From: the human T2T-CHM13v2.0 reference genome, Homo sapiens
Length of the DNA: 64,000 bases
Direction: 5' to 3' (one strand)
Assembly: GCF_009914755.1 (NCBI RefSeq)
Contig: NC_060948.1
Position numbers and translations under genes: made by a program. Numbering within the stretch: position 1 is the first letter of the stretch; each line of letters begins with the position of its first letter. The notes under the pieces were generated by a model. The model was not told the origin of the DNA. It searched no databases and was given only the letters and a program-made list of their open reading frames with translations. Of this stretch, positions 27,840-42,593 are shown one piece after another.

Positions 27840-29255
27840 ATCCACACACTTAATGGGAACTCATTTTCAACAAAGTTGCCAAGAATATTGGGGAAAAGTC
27901 AGTCTTCAATAGCTGATGTTGGGAAACTGGATATCCACATGCAGGAGAATGAAACTAGACCCCTATCTCTTGCCATATACAAAACGTGAATCAAAATAAA
28001 TTAAAGACTTAAGTCTAAGACCTCAAACTATGAAATTACTATAAGAAAACTTTGAGAAAAATCTCTAGGACATTGGTCTGGACAAACATTTCTTGAGCAA
28101 TACCCCACAACCACAGGCAACCAAAGCAAAAACGGACAGCAAATGATACAATCCACAAAATGAAGAAACAGTAAATAGAATGGGAAAAATATTTGCAAAT
28201 TACTCATCTGATAAGTGATTAATAACCAGAATAGAAAAGGAGTTCAAACAATTGTATAGGTAGAAATGTAATAACCAAATCAAAAAGTAGGCAAAAGATT
28301 TGATCAAAAGAAAACATACAAATGGCAAACAGGCATATGAAAAAGTTCTCAACATCATAGAATATCAGAGAAATGTAAAATAAAAACTACAATGAGATGT
28401 CCTATTATCCCAGTTAAAATGGCTTATAACCAAAGACAGGCAATAACAAATGCTTGTCAGGATGTGGAGAAAAGGCAACCTTTGTACACTGTGGGTGGGA
28501 ACGTAAGTTAGTACAACCACTAAATAGAACAGTTTGGAAGTTTCTCAAAACACCAAAAATAGAGCTACTATATGATGTAGCAATCCCACTGTTGGGTATA
28601 TATCCCAGAGAAAGGAAATCTGTCTAAGAAAGAGATATCTGCACTTCCATGTTTGTTGTAGGACTATTCACAACAGTTAATATTTGGAAGCAACCTAAGT
28701 GTTCATCAACATATGAATGAATTAAGAAAATATGGAACATAGACACAATGGAGTAATATACAGCCATAAAAAATATGAGATCCAGTCATTTGCAATGACA
28801 TGGATGGAACTGGAAGTCATTATGCTAAGTGAAACAAGCCAGGCACAGAAAGACAAACATCATGTGTTTGAACTTATTTGTGGGATCTAAAAATCAAAAC
28901 AATTGAACCTATGAGCACAGAGAGTAGAAGAATGGTTACCAGAGGCTGGGAAGGGTAGTGGGGGTGATGGGGACAAGGTTGGATAGTTAATGGGTACAAA
29001 AAATAGAAAGAATGAATAAGACATACTATTTGATAGCATACCAGGGTGACTATAGTCAATAATAAATTCATTTTAAAATAGCTAAAGGAGTGTAATTGAA
29101 TTTTTATAACACAAAGGAAAAATGCTTGAGGGGATGGAAACTACATTTTTTTAAATATGTCATTATTTCATATTGCATGCCTGGATCAAAACATCCCATG
29201 TACCCCATAAATATATACACCTGCTATATACTCACTAAAATTAAAACTTAAAAAA
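27840..29255 (+). mobile_element. 5'-truncated L1MA (ORF2 end plus 3' UTR)
   Basis: gaatgaaactagacccctatctc...ctatttgatagcat...atgtaccccataaatatatacacct, A-tail. Confidence 0.9.
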
Positions 29256-29799
29256 GGATCATACCTTTTGTTATATCATCTCACAATAAAAATAATGACA
29301 TTTAACTGAAACGCTACATTTATTAATGTAAAAACAGCAAACTCTGCTTTAGATTTACAGAGATCTAGAAAAAAATAATTTAATAAAAGTGTCCTAACCA
29401 TAGGAGTTCAGAGCACACTTAAGAGTTTCCACTCAAGTTCTCTTAAATAAGAGAGTCCAGTGAAGAATGAATCAATCTGCTGAACCTATAGACACCACAA
29501 GCACTTACGATTTTTACTCCTCTACTCGACCTCTTATTATGTCAATCTCCACCTTGCTTTTTATATTAATTGTAACTAATTTTCTAATTCCTACTCTGTA
29601 TTGGACATATTTTCCACCTTTTACATTGGTGACTTACAGACTCTTGAGGCTTCATTTCCTCCAGCTTCCTGCAATAAAGGCAAGTACCTGGTTCTTACAT
29701 GCATATATAACCTATGTCTCACTTAAAGCCTCCACGTGACCTATAATCACAAATTATACGCTCTTGAAGTCTAACTTGCTTCTCTTAACACGAATCTGA

Positions 29800-30050
29800 T
29801 TACAGAGGGTATTAAATGACAGACTAAGAAGTTTGAATTTGTATTAGGCAGACAAAAATCAACATTGAGAACATCTGAGAAAATAAATGACATACTACTA
29901 TCAGTGTCTTAAGAAAATGAATCAGTGAACACTCTGCATGGATTAAATGAGGTATTGTATTTAAAATACATTGCACAGGCCTTAACACATATTAAGCATG
30001 TAATATAAATAGGTATTACACAGGGATAGAATGAGTGAGGAGAGCCAGTT
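29800..30050. mobile_element. L2 and MIR relics
   Basis: L2-like aagaagtttgaatttgtatt; MIR-like ggattaaatgaggtattgtatttaaaatac. Confidence 0.45.
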
Positions 30051-30609
30051 TTCAAATGCCAATGTGTGAATTAGAAAAGCTTACAGTTAAGAAATTAGTG
30101 AATATAGCCAAATCATTTTTTGTGAGATATGATAGTTTTGTTTTAGTTTAAAAAATATTTTAAACATAAAGAAAATAATATATAAAATAATAAGCACCCA
30201 TATACCTATCACTCAGTTTTTCAATTGTTACTGTGTGACATTTTAAATAAGAATATAGTCAGAAAATAAAATGATGGAGAATATTACATAATCAATTGAA
30301 GCTGCGATTGATTTTACTGTCTTTCTCCAGATATAACTTCGACCCTTATTTTTTGAATTGTTATTCTGAATGATTTTGTTTTTAATGACATATATGTGTA
30401 TTCTTTAGCTCTATACACATTGATTTGCAATAATTTAAACTTGTATAAGTAATAGCATGAATTCTAATTCTTCTGAAATGTAATGTTTCTGCTCAACAAC
30501 TGTTGAAAATAGTGGTACTAGTCAATCTTAACTAGTCAACACACATAAATGGCACTATTTTCATTATTAAATTTTCTGACTAATAATCACTGAAATAATT
30601 ATTGATATT

Positions 30610-30805
30610 TTTAAAAATTTTATTTTGTTTTTGACACAATAATTGTACATATTTATGGGGTGCAATTTGTTGTTTTGATACATGTATGCATTGTGTAAAG
30701 ACTAAATCAAGGTAATTAACAAGTCCATCACCTCAAACATTTACCATTTCTTTGTGGTGAGAACATTCAAAATTATCTCTTCTTGCTATTTTGAAATGTA
30801 CAAGA
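30610..30805 (-). mobile_element. L1MA 3' end fragment
   Basis: aattgtacatatttatgggg...ccatcacctcaaacatttaccatttctttgtggtgagaacattc. Confidence 0.8.
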
Positions 30806-31204
30806 AAGTTTTTTGTGCCATGCAATTTGACCATTCTAGGCATTTAAATTCTCATTTATATAAAATTTGATACCTGAAAAGGAGGATGTTAGCATTATTA
30901 ACTTATCTTCTTGACAAAATAGGTAATGTTTCTAATGTTATGCCTTTGGTTTTTGTTCAGGGCAAATATTGTACATAATAAAATGAAAAACAGTACATAC
31001 AACAAATGTCTTTAGTAATTTGTTAATTAAAGAAATGTTGGTATCACTTGAACACTTGATGTCCTGTTATTAGATGATGGTTTATTACTATACTGAGAGG
31101 ATCTTCCCAACTAAATTAAAAGTTTAATCACAATCATGCTAGACCTTTTTATATCTGCATCCTCCACATTAGAATGTCTGTCATTTTTATCATTTCAGTG
31201 TATT

Positions 31205-31990
31205 ATTTATATTTTTCTTATTTTTTATAAATAAAATTGTATTCTCTCAAAACATTTCTATACATAAAGGTTCACTTTTTAAAATGCTACAAATTTGAAC
31301 ATAGTTTGAAAAAATGCATGGTGTCATGTATCCTCCATTATAGCATCATACAGAATGGTTTCACTGCCTTAAAATGCCCTCTACTTTATTTATTCAATGC
31401 TTCCTTTTTCCCCCTAAACTGCTGCTAAGCACTGATCTTTTTACTCTCTATAGTTTTGTTTTTTTTTCATTATGGTGGAAATCATGTAGTATATAACCTT
31501 TTCAGACTATTTTCTTTTACTTAATTATATGCATTTTTAGTTTAATACTTTTTGTGGCTTTCTAATCAATTTATTTTTATCACTGAGTAATATTTTATTA
31601 TATTGATGTATCACTGTTTATCAATTCACCCATTGAAGAACAATTTGGTTGCTTCCAGTTATTGGTGATTATAAATAAATTTTCTGTAGACATTTGAACG
31701 CAAGTTTTTGTGTCGACACAGTTTTCAAATAAGTTGGATGAAAACCTAAGAGCACACTTGTTGGTTTGTTTAGCTGTGTGAGAAATTGCCAAACTGTCTG
31801 CAAAAGTGGCGATACTATCTGTAAAAGTTGCCTTCCACCCAGCCGTGAATGAAAATTCCTATTGTTTCACATCCTCATCAGTATTAGATATTTTTTTTTA
31901 GATTTAACCATTGTAATAGGTGTGTAGTGACATTTAACTCTTGTTTAATTTGTAATTTCTCAATGAAAACTTCTGTTGAACATCTTCTCA
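31205..31990 (-). mobile_element. L1MC-like 3' fragment
   Basis: catacagaatggtttcactgcc; gaagaacaatttggttgcttccag; gaaattgccaaactgtc. Confidence 0.75.
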
Positions 31991-32524
31991 AAAACTGGAC
32001 TCATATAGAAATTTTAAGATCTTCCTTTCAAAGTGATATTTGGAAAACAATAGATTCAATCATGAAGTCAGCTAGTCACTAGGTCTAGAACTGTACATAT
32101 ATCCTCCTTATTCCTGAGACTGCAGCTTCTTTTTAATGTACATTTCAGGTTTTTGGAAGTGATGTGAAACAACCTATTTTCCCAGTTTATTTTTTAGTGG
32201 GAGAGGTTGGTACCTCCCCTAAGGACCAGCTTCAAGCAGTGCTAATGGCCCTAGTTCATCTTCTGGTGTGGGACAATTTTAGCCCCTTTATCCCAATTGA
32301 GCTTAGATCTAGTCTATCATGGCCTGTCTTCTGATAGAATATCAACAGTCCTGTGGCTTTAGCTCCATTTTCTGCTTTGAGTTTGTTTTCATTTTTTTCC
32401 TTGTCTACAGACTTTTTATTTGTTTAAACGCAGTTATATATTTTTGAATACTTACATATTGAACATACATTTTATATATATATATATAATATATATAATT
32501 GCTATGTGTTTATATCATGTGAGG

Positions 32525-33000
32525 ACATAGTGTAATATGGACCCTATGATGCCCACTTCTATGTTTGTTCCTTTGTTAATCCTCTCCCCACTGACTGTTG
32601 CCAGAAACTGTGGACTGCTTCTTTCCAATAGAACAGGAAAGGTGATGGGATATCATGTTTGTGATAATGTTACATAAGATTGTATCCTGTCTTCTAGGAG
32701 ACTCTCACCATTGTTGGTTTGAGGAAGCAAGCTGCCCTGTTGGGAGCTGCCCTGTGGTAAGAAACTGAAGGCAGTCTCTGGCTGGTCACCAGCAAAAATC
32801 TGTAGCTCTTAGTCTGGCAGCCTGCAAGGAACTAAATGCTCTCGACAATTATGTATGTGAGCCTGGAGGTGTATTCTGCTGTAGTCAAATCTTAGGGCCT
32901 TAGATGAGAGTCCACCCTGACTTACACTTTGATTGCAGCTTTGAAGAGAACTCAGCTAAGCCATGTCAGGACTCTGGAACAACAGAAACTGTGAACAATT
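32525..33000 (+). mobile_element. MLT1 (E/F-like) LTR fragment
   Basis: ggtgatgggatatca...gaagcaagctgcc...cagctaagccatg...acagaaactgtga. Confidence 0.7.
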
Positions 33001-33149
33001 AAACATCAGACACAATTTTTTAATGTGCCTGTAAGCTTACATACGTGTTGTGTTGTGTGTGCTGGTGGAGAGGTATTACTGGTGTCTTTAACTTCACACC
33101 ACACAGGTACCTTCTCATTTCACCATCCAGTATTAATAAATAATGGGTT

Positions 33150-33375
33150 TTCACTCAGCACATTTATCTTCCCTGATTTATTACCCTTCATAGCAATTAT
33201 CCATATCTGAAAGACTGCCTATATTGTTAGTTCCCGTATTTATTGCCTATCTCCCGAAAACCGGAATATAACTTATATGAGCAAAGGGATTTTTGACTGT
33301 CTTTGTCTGATCCCTAAATAGTATTTGCCCTATACTAGACACAACACAAGTGATATTTTGCACAAATAAGGAATG
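33150..33375 (+). mobile_element. L2 3' fragment
   Basis: cttcatagcaattatc...tttattgcctatctccc...gaatataacttatatgagcaaaggga. Confidence 0.55.
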
Positions 33376-33574
33376 TATATTACCCCAAAGGGAGAATTAC
33401 TGAAAATTAGTAAATTGACATTCAATGGCATTTTTTTGCCATAAAAACAAAAAGAAGAGTATATTGCTGATATCTTATTGAAAGCAAATAATGTGTAGGC
33501 CAAAATATCATTATGTTTATGATTTCACCATAGTACTATGGACACTGGGCTGTGTTTTATGATGGAGAAACACA

Positions 33575-33820
33575 TATAAAGTAATTGTTAAGAGTTAGAC
33601 CTCTGGAACTGGTAAACTCAATGGGAATTTTAATTCCCATTTACCAGACTTTGAAGTATTTAATCTGTCTAATCTTAGTAGCATCATCTATAACATGGTG
33701 ATGAAAATAGAGGCTATACCATACAGCAACTGATAATATTAAATGAGATGATACAAGGTAAGGATTCAGTATGGTGCCTAGAATATAGTTAAGTACTCCA
33801 TAAATGGTTGATCTTACTAG
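33575..33820 (+). mobile_element. MIR
   Basis: gttaagagttagacctctggaact...attaaatgagatgataca...gtactccataaatg. Confidence 0.65.
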
Positions 33821-33884
33821 TACTGTGAAATATCTCATTACTTACCAGTCAGTAGATGCAGTTTAATATTTTGCTTAATTATAT

Positions 33885-35845
33885 TGGTTCAGGCATCAAA
33901 CACACCTGGGTTTGCATCTCAACTCCACCTTATACCAGCTTTGTGACTTTGGGCATATTATTTGACTTTTAGGAGCACTGCTGTGAAACTGGCATACAAT
34001 ACCTTCTTTTTTTTAATTTAAAATAATTTACTTTAGAATTTGTAGTTAATTATATTTAACCTAGATAAAATTTACCTGGACACATTTTTTTTTTATTTTA
34101 CTGTAAGTTCTGTGATACATATGCTGAACGTGCAGGTTTGTTACGTAAGTATACCTGTGCCGTGGTGGTTTGCAGCACCTATCAACCCATCATCTAGGTT
34201 TTAAGCTCCACATGCATTAAGTATTTGTCCTAATGCTCTCCCTCCCCTTTCCCCCAACCCCCCAACAGTCCCCATTGTGTGACGTTCCCCTCCCTGCATC
34301 CATGTGTTCTCACTGATCAGCTCCCACTTATGAGTGAGAACATGTGGTGTTTGGTTTTCCGTTCCTATGTTAGTTTGCTGAGGATGATGGTTTCCAACTT
34401 CACCCATGTACCTGAAAAGGACATAAACTTATTCTTTACCATGGATGCATAGTATTCCATGGTGTATATGTGCCACATTTTCTTTATCCAGTCCATCACT
34501 GATGGGCATTTTGGTTGGTTCCAAGTCTTTGTTATTGTAAATAGTGCTGTAAAATAAACACACCTGTGCATGTGTCTTTATAGTAGAATGAGTAATAATC
34601 CTTTGGGTATATACTCAGTAATGGGATTGCTGGGTCAAATGGTATTTCTGGTTCTATATCCTTGAGGGATCACCACACTGTCTTCCACAATGGTTAAAGT
34701 ATTTACACTCCCATCCACAGTGTAAAAGTGTTCCTATTTCTCCGCATACTCGCCAGCATCTGTTGTTTCCAGACTTTTTAATGATCACCATTCTAACTGG
34801 CGTGACATGGTATCTTCATTTTGGTTTTGATTTGCATTTCTTTAATGACCAGTGATGGTGAGCTTTTTTTTTTCATTTGTTTGTTAGCTGCATAAATGCC
34901 TTATTTTGAGAAGAGTCTGTCCATATCCTTTGCCCACTTTTTGGTGGGGTTGCGTGTTTTTTTCTTGTAAATTTGTTTAAGTTCCTTGTAGATGCTGGAT
35001 ATTAGACCATTGTCAGATGGATAGATTGCACAAATTTTCTCCCATTCTTTAGATTGAGTGTGCTCTCTGAGATAGTTTATTTTGCTGAGCAGAAGCTCTT
35101 TAGTTTAATTAGATCCCATTTGTCAATTTTGCCTTTTATTGCAATTGGTTTTGGCAATTTAGTCATGAAATCTTTGTCCATGCCTAAGTCCTGAATAGTA
35201 TTGCCTAGGTTTTCTTCTAGGGTTTTTATAGTTTTAGGTTTTACATTTAAGTTTTTGATCCATCTTGAGTTAATTTCTGTATAAGGTGTAAGGAAGGGGT
35301 CCAGTTTCTGTTTTCTGCATATGGCTAGCCCGTTTTCCCAGCACCATTTATTAAATAGGGAATCCTTTCCCCATTGCTTATTTTTGTCAGGTTTGTCAAA
35401 GATCAGGTGGTTGTAGATATGTTGTGTTATTTCGGAGGCCTCTGTTCTGTTCAATTGGTCTATATATCTGTTTTGATACCAGTACCATGCTGCTTTGATT
35501 ACTGTAACCTTGTAGTATAGTTTGAAGTCAGGTAGCTTGATGCCTCCAGCTTTGTTGTTTTGCTTAGGATTGTCTTGGCTACACAGGCTCTTTTTCGATT
35601 CCATATGAAATTTAAAGTAGTTTTTTCTGGTTCTGTGAAGAAAGTAAATAGTAGCTTGATGGGGATGGCATTGAATCTATAAATTTATTTGGGCAGTATG
35701 GCCATTTTCACGATATTGATTCTTCCCATCCATGAGCATGGAATGTTTCTACTTCATAATGTTTGATGTAAGAATTGCTTGAGATAAGTGTCTATTTATC
35801 ACAATACCTAGGACATAGTAACCACACAATAAATTATTTATTAAT
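33885..35845 (+). mobile_element. MIR split by L1PA insertion (33885-34004 and 35751-35845)
   Basis: cctgggtttgcatctcaactccacc...tgtgactttgggca...aatacct | acttcata...aatacctaggacatagtaa. Confidence 0.65.
34085..35748 (-). mobile_element. 5'-truncated L1PA (L1PA8-like)
   Basis: ORF 35077-35604 is L1 ORF2 C-terminal (LPDFKLYYK...WYWYQNR...[11 protein letters not shown]); 3' UTR ctaggttttaagctccacatgcatta. Confidence 0.92.
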
Positions 35846-38379
35846 ACTGAATGGTGGAATGGGAAGGTATCTATATTATGTGAAATCAAAGACACACATC
35901 ATATCTCTCCTTCACCAGCCCCCTCACTGTGCAAACAACACAATATAACAACATATAAACAGACAGACACATGAAAATGTTTTGTCTCAGAAGTATTCTT
36001 AAGGCATGACAAATTGAAGACTTTCCCTGTGCCGTGGGAGGACATAATCTCACCCTGTAGTAGATTCTCAGTAGTTCCTGGTATAGGGTGAGAGATAAGG
36101 GGGTACTACTATATGCTGGTGCCAAAGAGGATGTAAGATGTGCATACAATAGGATATAAAATACTTTTACTTCTATAAGCCATATATAAATATCAAATCA
36201 GCACCATGGGGGTGATGTAGCATGTATGGGGCTGTCTAGTAACAACTGACTTGTATAACATTATTAAAACAGGAAAGAGGGTAATATATGGAGCACCATA
36301 CCCTGATCAGGGCATCTTTCTCTGAATGTTTCTGCAGACTCTGACTCTGGTTTCTGGAGGGATAATCAGTAAAATTTTTGGTGGGAGTTAAATGTAGCTT
36401 TTTTCCTGCAGACATCTTTTCAACTGCAAATATACTTGGACATGACTAAGTGACAAGTTAGCCATCACTCACTGTAAATGAGTTTATGGGAAAGCAGTAA
36501 AGGAGAGGGGAAATATTGATGTGGAAAATAGCTTTTTAAAAATTCACATCATGAATTCTACACTGTAAGTTTATGTCATTTCTTCTTTATGAAATTTCTG
36601 TATTTGATTATAACACTTACTTCAAAACTGATTGTACCTTAAAATCATCATAAATGTGTTTGAGGGTATCATTGTCTCTTCAACACTCACTCCTGAAAAC
36701 TTGTATACTTAATGAATATTCACATAACAGAGTTTTTATATAGTTAGATGCCTGCTTACTCTAAGAGAAATAAAACAGACTTTCTGGCCGTTACCTTATT
36801 GAGCCAGTGATCAAACACACAACCACACAAAATATACATATAAAGAGTTTCCCTTAGGACACAGGAGCCCATATTAATGGATTCAGTACTTTTATGTTAA
36901 GTTAATCCTTGGCATCTATCATCAGTTGAGTATTATTAAAAAGTATCAAGCAGCATACATCTGTGGAATCATTTATTCTGTTACCACCCTGAAGAAGGCA
37001 GTGAGCTGATACACTGCTGCTACTATATTGGCAATAATAGACAATGATTATTATTTTCTTAGTTCACAGGAAATTACAAATTCAGGTACATTTTAAAAGA
37101 GAACCTACTGCTATATACAAACTCCAAGTAGCAATATAACTCATTTTTCCCTATTTTTCAAAGTCTCAGGGCAATGCAAAAATGCATAATCAAGGTTTTT
37201 CCCATGCTAGTGGCAAAGATATTTTAAGTGCAGAATGAAACCTAAAGATTTCTTAGGTTTATTCATTATGTACAACATTTATAGTCAAGGTAAACTTCAT
37301 TACTTCTTAATTAAGAGTAAGTGAAAAAAATCATGATTTTAAGAAGAACATTTATGAGTGCAACATTGAGTTAATATTGATTAGTGAGAATCATCCTTAT
37401 GTTGATGTCACCATTGAGGAATATGTTCCTTAAACAGCTTATACCAATATAAGGTCATCAAAGTTGGATTTAATTCTGGTGTTGTGCTTGGCAAAGCAGA
37501 CATCTGCCTACACAGTAAGATTAAGGAGAGTTAGAAAGAAAAGCAGCCTACATTCATGCCCCAAATAATTCTTATTCCTATTAGAAAAGTATCTGAAATA
37601 CAACTATTAGTGTCCTAAAACATGTGTTTAAGTCACTCAGTCATCAGTTTAAATATAAAATTTCAGTAAAAAATATAGCACACATGTTGGGGCATAGTCA
37701 TTTAGAGTCCATTGACCAAATCCCTGTCCCAAAAATAAATATAACATAATAAAGAAAATCCAAAATAAAAACAAAAAATGACCTGTGTATTTCTTGGTTT
37801 TATCCCAAATGGCTACGTGGGTGAAATTTGTTATTTTTTTAAATAAATAGAATTTATAAAAATGTACATTTTTGTCCCCTGGGGTTCTTTTATTCTTATT
37901 AATCAATCTTCTGTTATGCTTTCCATAAGAAATATCTTACATTTAAGTCTTAGTTGAGAACCATAAAGATACGATCCCAGCAGAGCCAAATAAATGTTAA
38001 GAAGGTACAATTATGAATGAAGCTGGCTGCATGTGAGATACTAGGGAGTGATAAGATACATATAATAAACTTGGGAACATGATATGTCTAAAGACATTCA
38101 AATAAAGTTTTTTTAAAGACATAGGATGTGGCACACCAAATATATCTGCAGGAGGTGCCTAGTTGAAACCACTGCCCATTGTTCATCCACACTCACAGCT
38201 TGATTTGTCTATTAATATGAAGGAATGCAGCTCCTTAAGATTCAACACAGAATGGGCACAGAGTACATTGTCCTAGCCACCACCGAGCCCAATTAACAAA
38301 TGGTCCCTGGACATTGCTATGAGGTGTTCTTTTCTGAGTATTTTTAACATCGGATCTTACAAAATCTTTCTACTTATCT

Positions 38380-38545
38380 CACGTAGACACAGTAATTGTT
38401 TTCTCAATGCTTCTAGAATGCATTGTGTGTTTCTCTGTTATGGCACTTGTCATCTGGTGCTATAATAGTTTGTTGGCAAGTTTTTTCCTTCACTGGACCA
38501 TAAGCACCTCAAGAGCAAAGTCTAGGGCTTATCTTATTGTGAAAG
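38380..38545 (+). mobile_element. L2 fragment
   Basis: gcacttgtcat...cactggaccataagcacctcaagagcaaag...gcttatcttatt. Confidence 0.5.
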
Positions 38546-39818
38546 CCCATTACTCAGTATTTTGTTGGCCCTCGTATGCGCATATTTGTCTCCCACAAAC
38601 ATTGCATTTTTTGAAGTCGTTTTTCTTTTTTCTTTTTCTTTTAGAATATAGGTGAGAAGAGAGAAGAATGGTAGATAAATACTGGGGTTAGAGTAGTTTA
38701 GTTTTGAACATTTTTACATCTGCTTTAAAAATTAAAGCATAGTAAGATGTGTACAATTTTATTACACCTTTAGTTAAAGTTCTAAAGGGAAGATGGTGGG
38801 GGGCGGGATGCAGTATTGTAAAATACTTTACATGCACATGAATAATTTACATTTCCTTTAAGGCAACTTGTTTAAGTTAAGGTATTTAGAAAGATTAACT
38901 TCTAGGGCTATTTGCTATTTTTGTGGGGTCACAGAAATTTCAGGGTCAGGTCATGGAGGAGAGTTATTATTGAGAAATGTGATTTTATAAATCCATCTAA
39001 AGTTGATCAGTTTTGTTGGAAAGTATTTGCAATAATCAAATTTGCTATATTATTATAATAAAACACAGAACATCAATTTCTTAGATTGGGAAATACTCCT
39101 CATATCAATAACTAATACTCCTTGATGTAGCAGCTTCCTCTTGGACATACAAACAAAGAGGATGTGGCAAATTTTAGATTAAAAGACTTTATTGTATTGT
39201 TATTACATTTTTGTCAGCTTAGAATTACTACAAAGGTGGTTGATCATTTCTTAGAAATATTCTCGCTATAGCTTTATGAATTGCTGTTTTCCACCAGGGT
39301 TATATATGTTTAAAGAACAAAGATCTAGAATCAATGTTCTAACTCTGAGAAGCAGAACTGAAGATGCAGAGGCATATTTATGTTATTAAAAACATAACAT
39401 AAAAAAAGATTGAAAATCTTTTTCAGTCAAGAAAAAGATTCTGGTATAGCACTGTTACTTCATCAAAAATAGATAACAATGAATTTGATTTCAGTAAAAT
39501 GTGTATCAGTTACGTGTTAGAGTGGCATATTTCTGATGGTGCAGTATGTTGCTTGAAAAGATTTACATGAGTAACTTATCGAACACATCTCATATCTCTC
39601 AATAGGGTACTCATTTCAGAGGCAAAAGTACTCTGGTCTTGTACCTATATTCAAGAGTTAATCTTTGTTCTAATTTTACTGCCCCTGTGTTTAATGTTAT
39701 GTTTAATTATGCTTAATATTTAAAAGACAATTTACTAAGCATTCATTTTAAAACTCTTTCTGAAGTATAGCCCCTTTAAAGCAAGACAATAGTTTCCATT
39801 CTGAAAAAGGACATATTT

Positions 39819-40030
39819 TGTTTACAGACTGTGAGAAACACAGAGATTGGCTTTGTATATAAACTCAGGGAATCACTGAGCCAGGATAACAGAGCTGTTG
39901 GAGCTGAAAACTGCAGCAGTAAATTTATACTTTAGAATGCACAAAATCATTCTCCAGAATTGAGAAGAGAAAAAAGAATTGACTTTGACACTTTATAACA
40001 TTTGGTAGTGATTCTTTGTATTTGGGTAAG
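39819..40030 (+). promoter_or_regulatory. Candidate TATA promoter and first exon/donor
   Basis: FOX-type TGTTTAC 39819, ATTGG 39846, TATATAAA 39856, donor TGG|GTAAGA 40025/40026; motif evidence only. Confidence 0.25.
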
Positions 40031-40299
40031 ACTTTTTTTTATCATGTTCTTAAAACCCTTTCAGTTTATGAACTCCTTAGATCTTTATAGCTTTTATTAA
40101 ATTGTATATGTACAATTCATATATATAAATGAAACTCTTAATGAAAAGCAAAGCTTTAAAACAATTGTTAGCACTGAATCTTAGATTATATTTTTCTTCT
40201 TACTAGTTTTAACTTACTAGTTTTATCTACCATTTTCAGTAATATATTTTACGTTATAGTCATATTTATTTTTACCGGAGAGTGCAGTTTTCTCAAATC

Positions 40300-41350
<1,051 letters not shown>

Positions 41351-42039
41351 TCTCCTCTTTAGAACCGTAAATTAGACATATAAATATGTGGCTAGTCCTC
41401 TCTTTCTAAATAACAATGCCTAAATAGAAAATAATAATTAAAGTGAACATAGATGCAGACTAACAATTTCATGTTTAATGAAAGAGTATTTCCAAAATAA
41501 GATAAACAAATAGCTGTCATAAACTACCCATTACTGTCTACAATACGTCCAAAGTACCTATTATCACCACCATTTAAAAACACTGTTCTCAATTTTGTAG
41601 TCACTGAAAACTGGAAATAAAAATAACCAAAATATGTGAAGATAAGAAGGGAGAAGCACCACAATTATTATAATATATACCTACTACGAATCCAGAAAAT
41701 GTAGAAATTCAATTAAAATAACTCACAGCAGGAAGTTTTCTTAACTCACTTCCACTTAACCAATGAGCCACATTACTGACTACCCTCCATTCTCACTGTA
41801 GATTATACTGACTGAAACATAAGTTGTTTTTAGTGAAATCTGTGCTGAATTTTTGGAAAAACTTATGGGGGCAAGTCTTTAAAATATGATATTGAATTAG
41901 GGGAAGTTGTAGTGATTATAAATAATTGAGGAAAGTTTCTAAAAATGTTCATAAATTCTATGCATTGGTTGCAGGGTTGTGCATAAGGTTTACCTAAAAT
42001 GATATTTATCACAGCGTTATTTATTTTAATTATTTAAAT

Positions 42040-42593
42040 AATGGTATATTTTAAAAATATAGAAAACTAGAAAACATATAAGAGAAACCTATGTATCTCT
42101 CAAATAAAAAATAGATATCAATAATTTCCATGTTTGCTTTGAATAATTAAAAAAAACAAATAAACATGGTTGAAAATTACCCTCACTTACCTACTTTCCT
42201 TTCTGTTTACCAAGGGCAACTAGTCAACCAAATTCAGTATTTATAATTCCCATGCACGTTTTACTTTACTTTTATTACATATGTATATATCCAGAAACAT
42301 TATACAGTACTGACGTGTGGGCTTAAAATGTAACAGAAAATGACACCAAACTATAACTCACCTCTCCAACTGGCTTTTTAAACTCTAGATTACATTTCTG
42401 AGACTTAACTATGTGAGTTAACTAGTTGTAAGTAATGTGCAGAATTGCATTATAATCATATACCAAAATTTATCCATTTTCCTGATGATGATCATATAAG
42501 TTAATTCCAATTTTTCTGTATTATGAAAAATGAATATAGTTGAGGTTCCCTCTGCCTGAAAAATATTTTCTGTTGCACAATGGTTAGCTAACT
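42040..42593 (-). mobile_element. L1ME-like 3' fragment (host of the L1MA)
   Basis: ataccaaaatttatccattttcctgatgatgatcatataagttaattccaattttt. Confidence 0.55.

Noticed and set aside
35077-35604. 175-aa ORF
   Set aside because: Fragment of L1 ORF2 in a 5'-truncated copy
36301-36312. Perfect 12-bp palindrome ccctgatcaggg
   Set aside because: Expected by chance in 64 kb
41400-41700. Possible very old L1 ORF2 remnant
   Set aside because: Similarity too weak to call by eye
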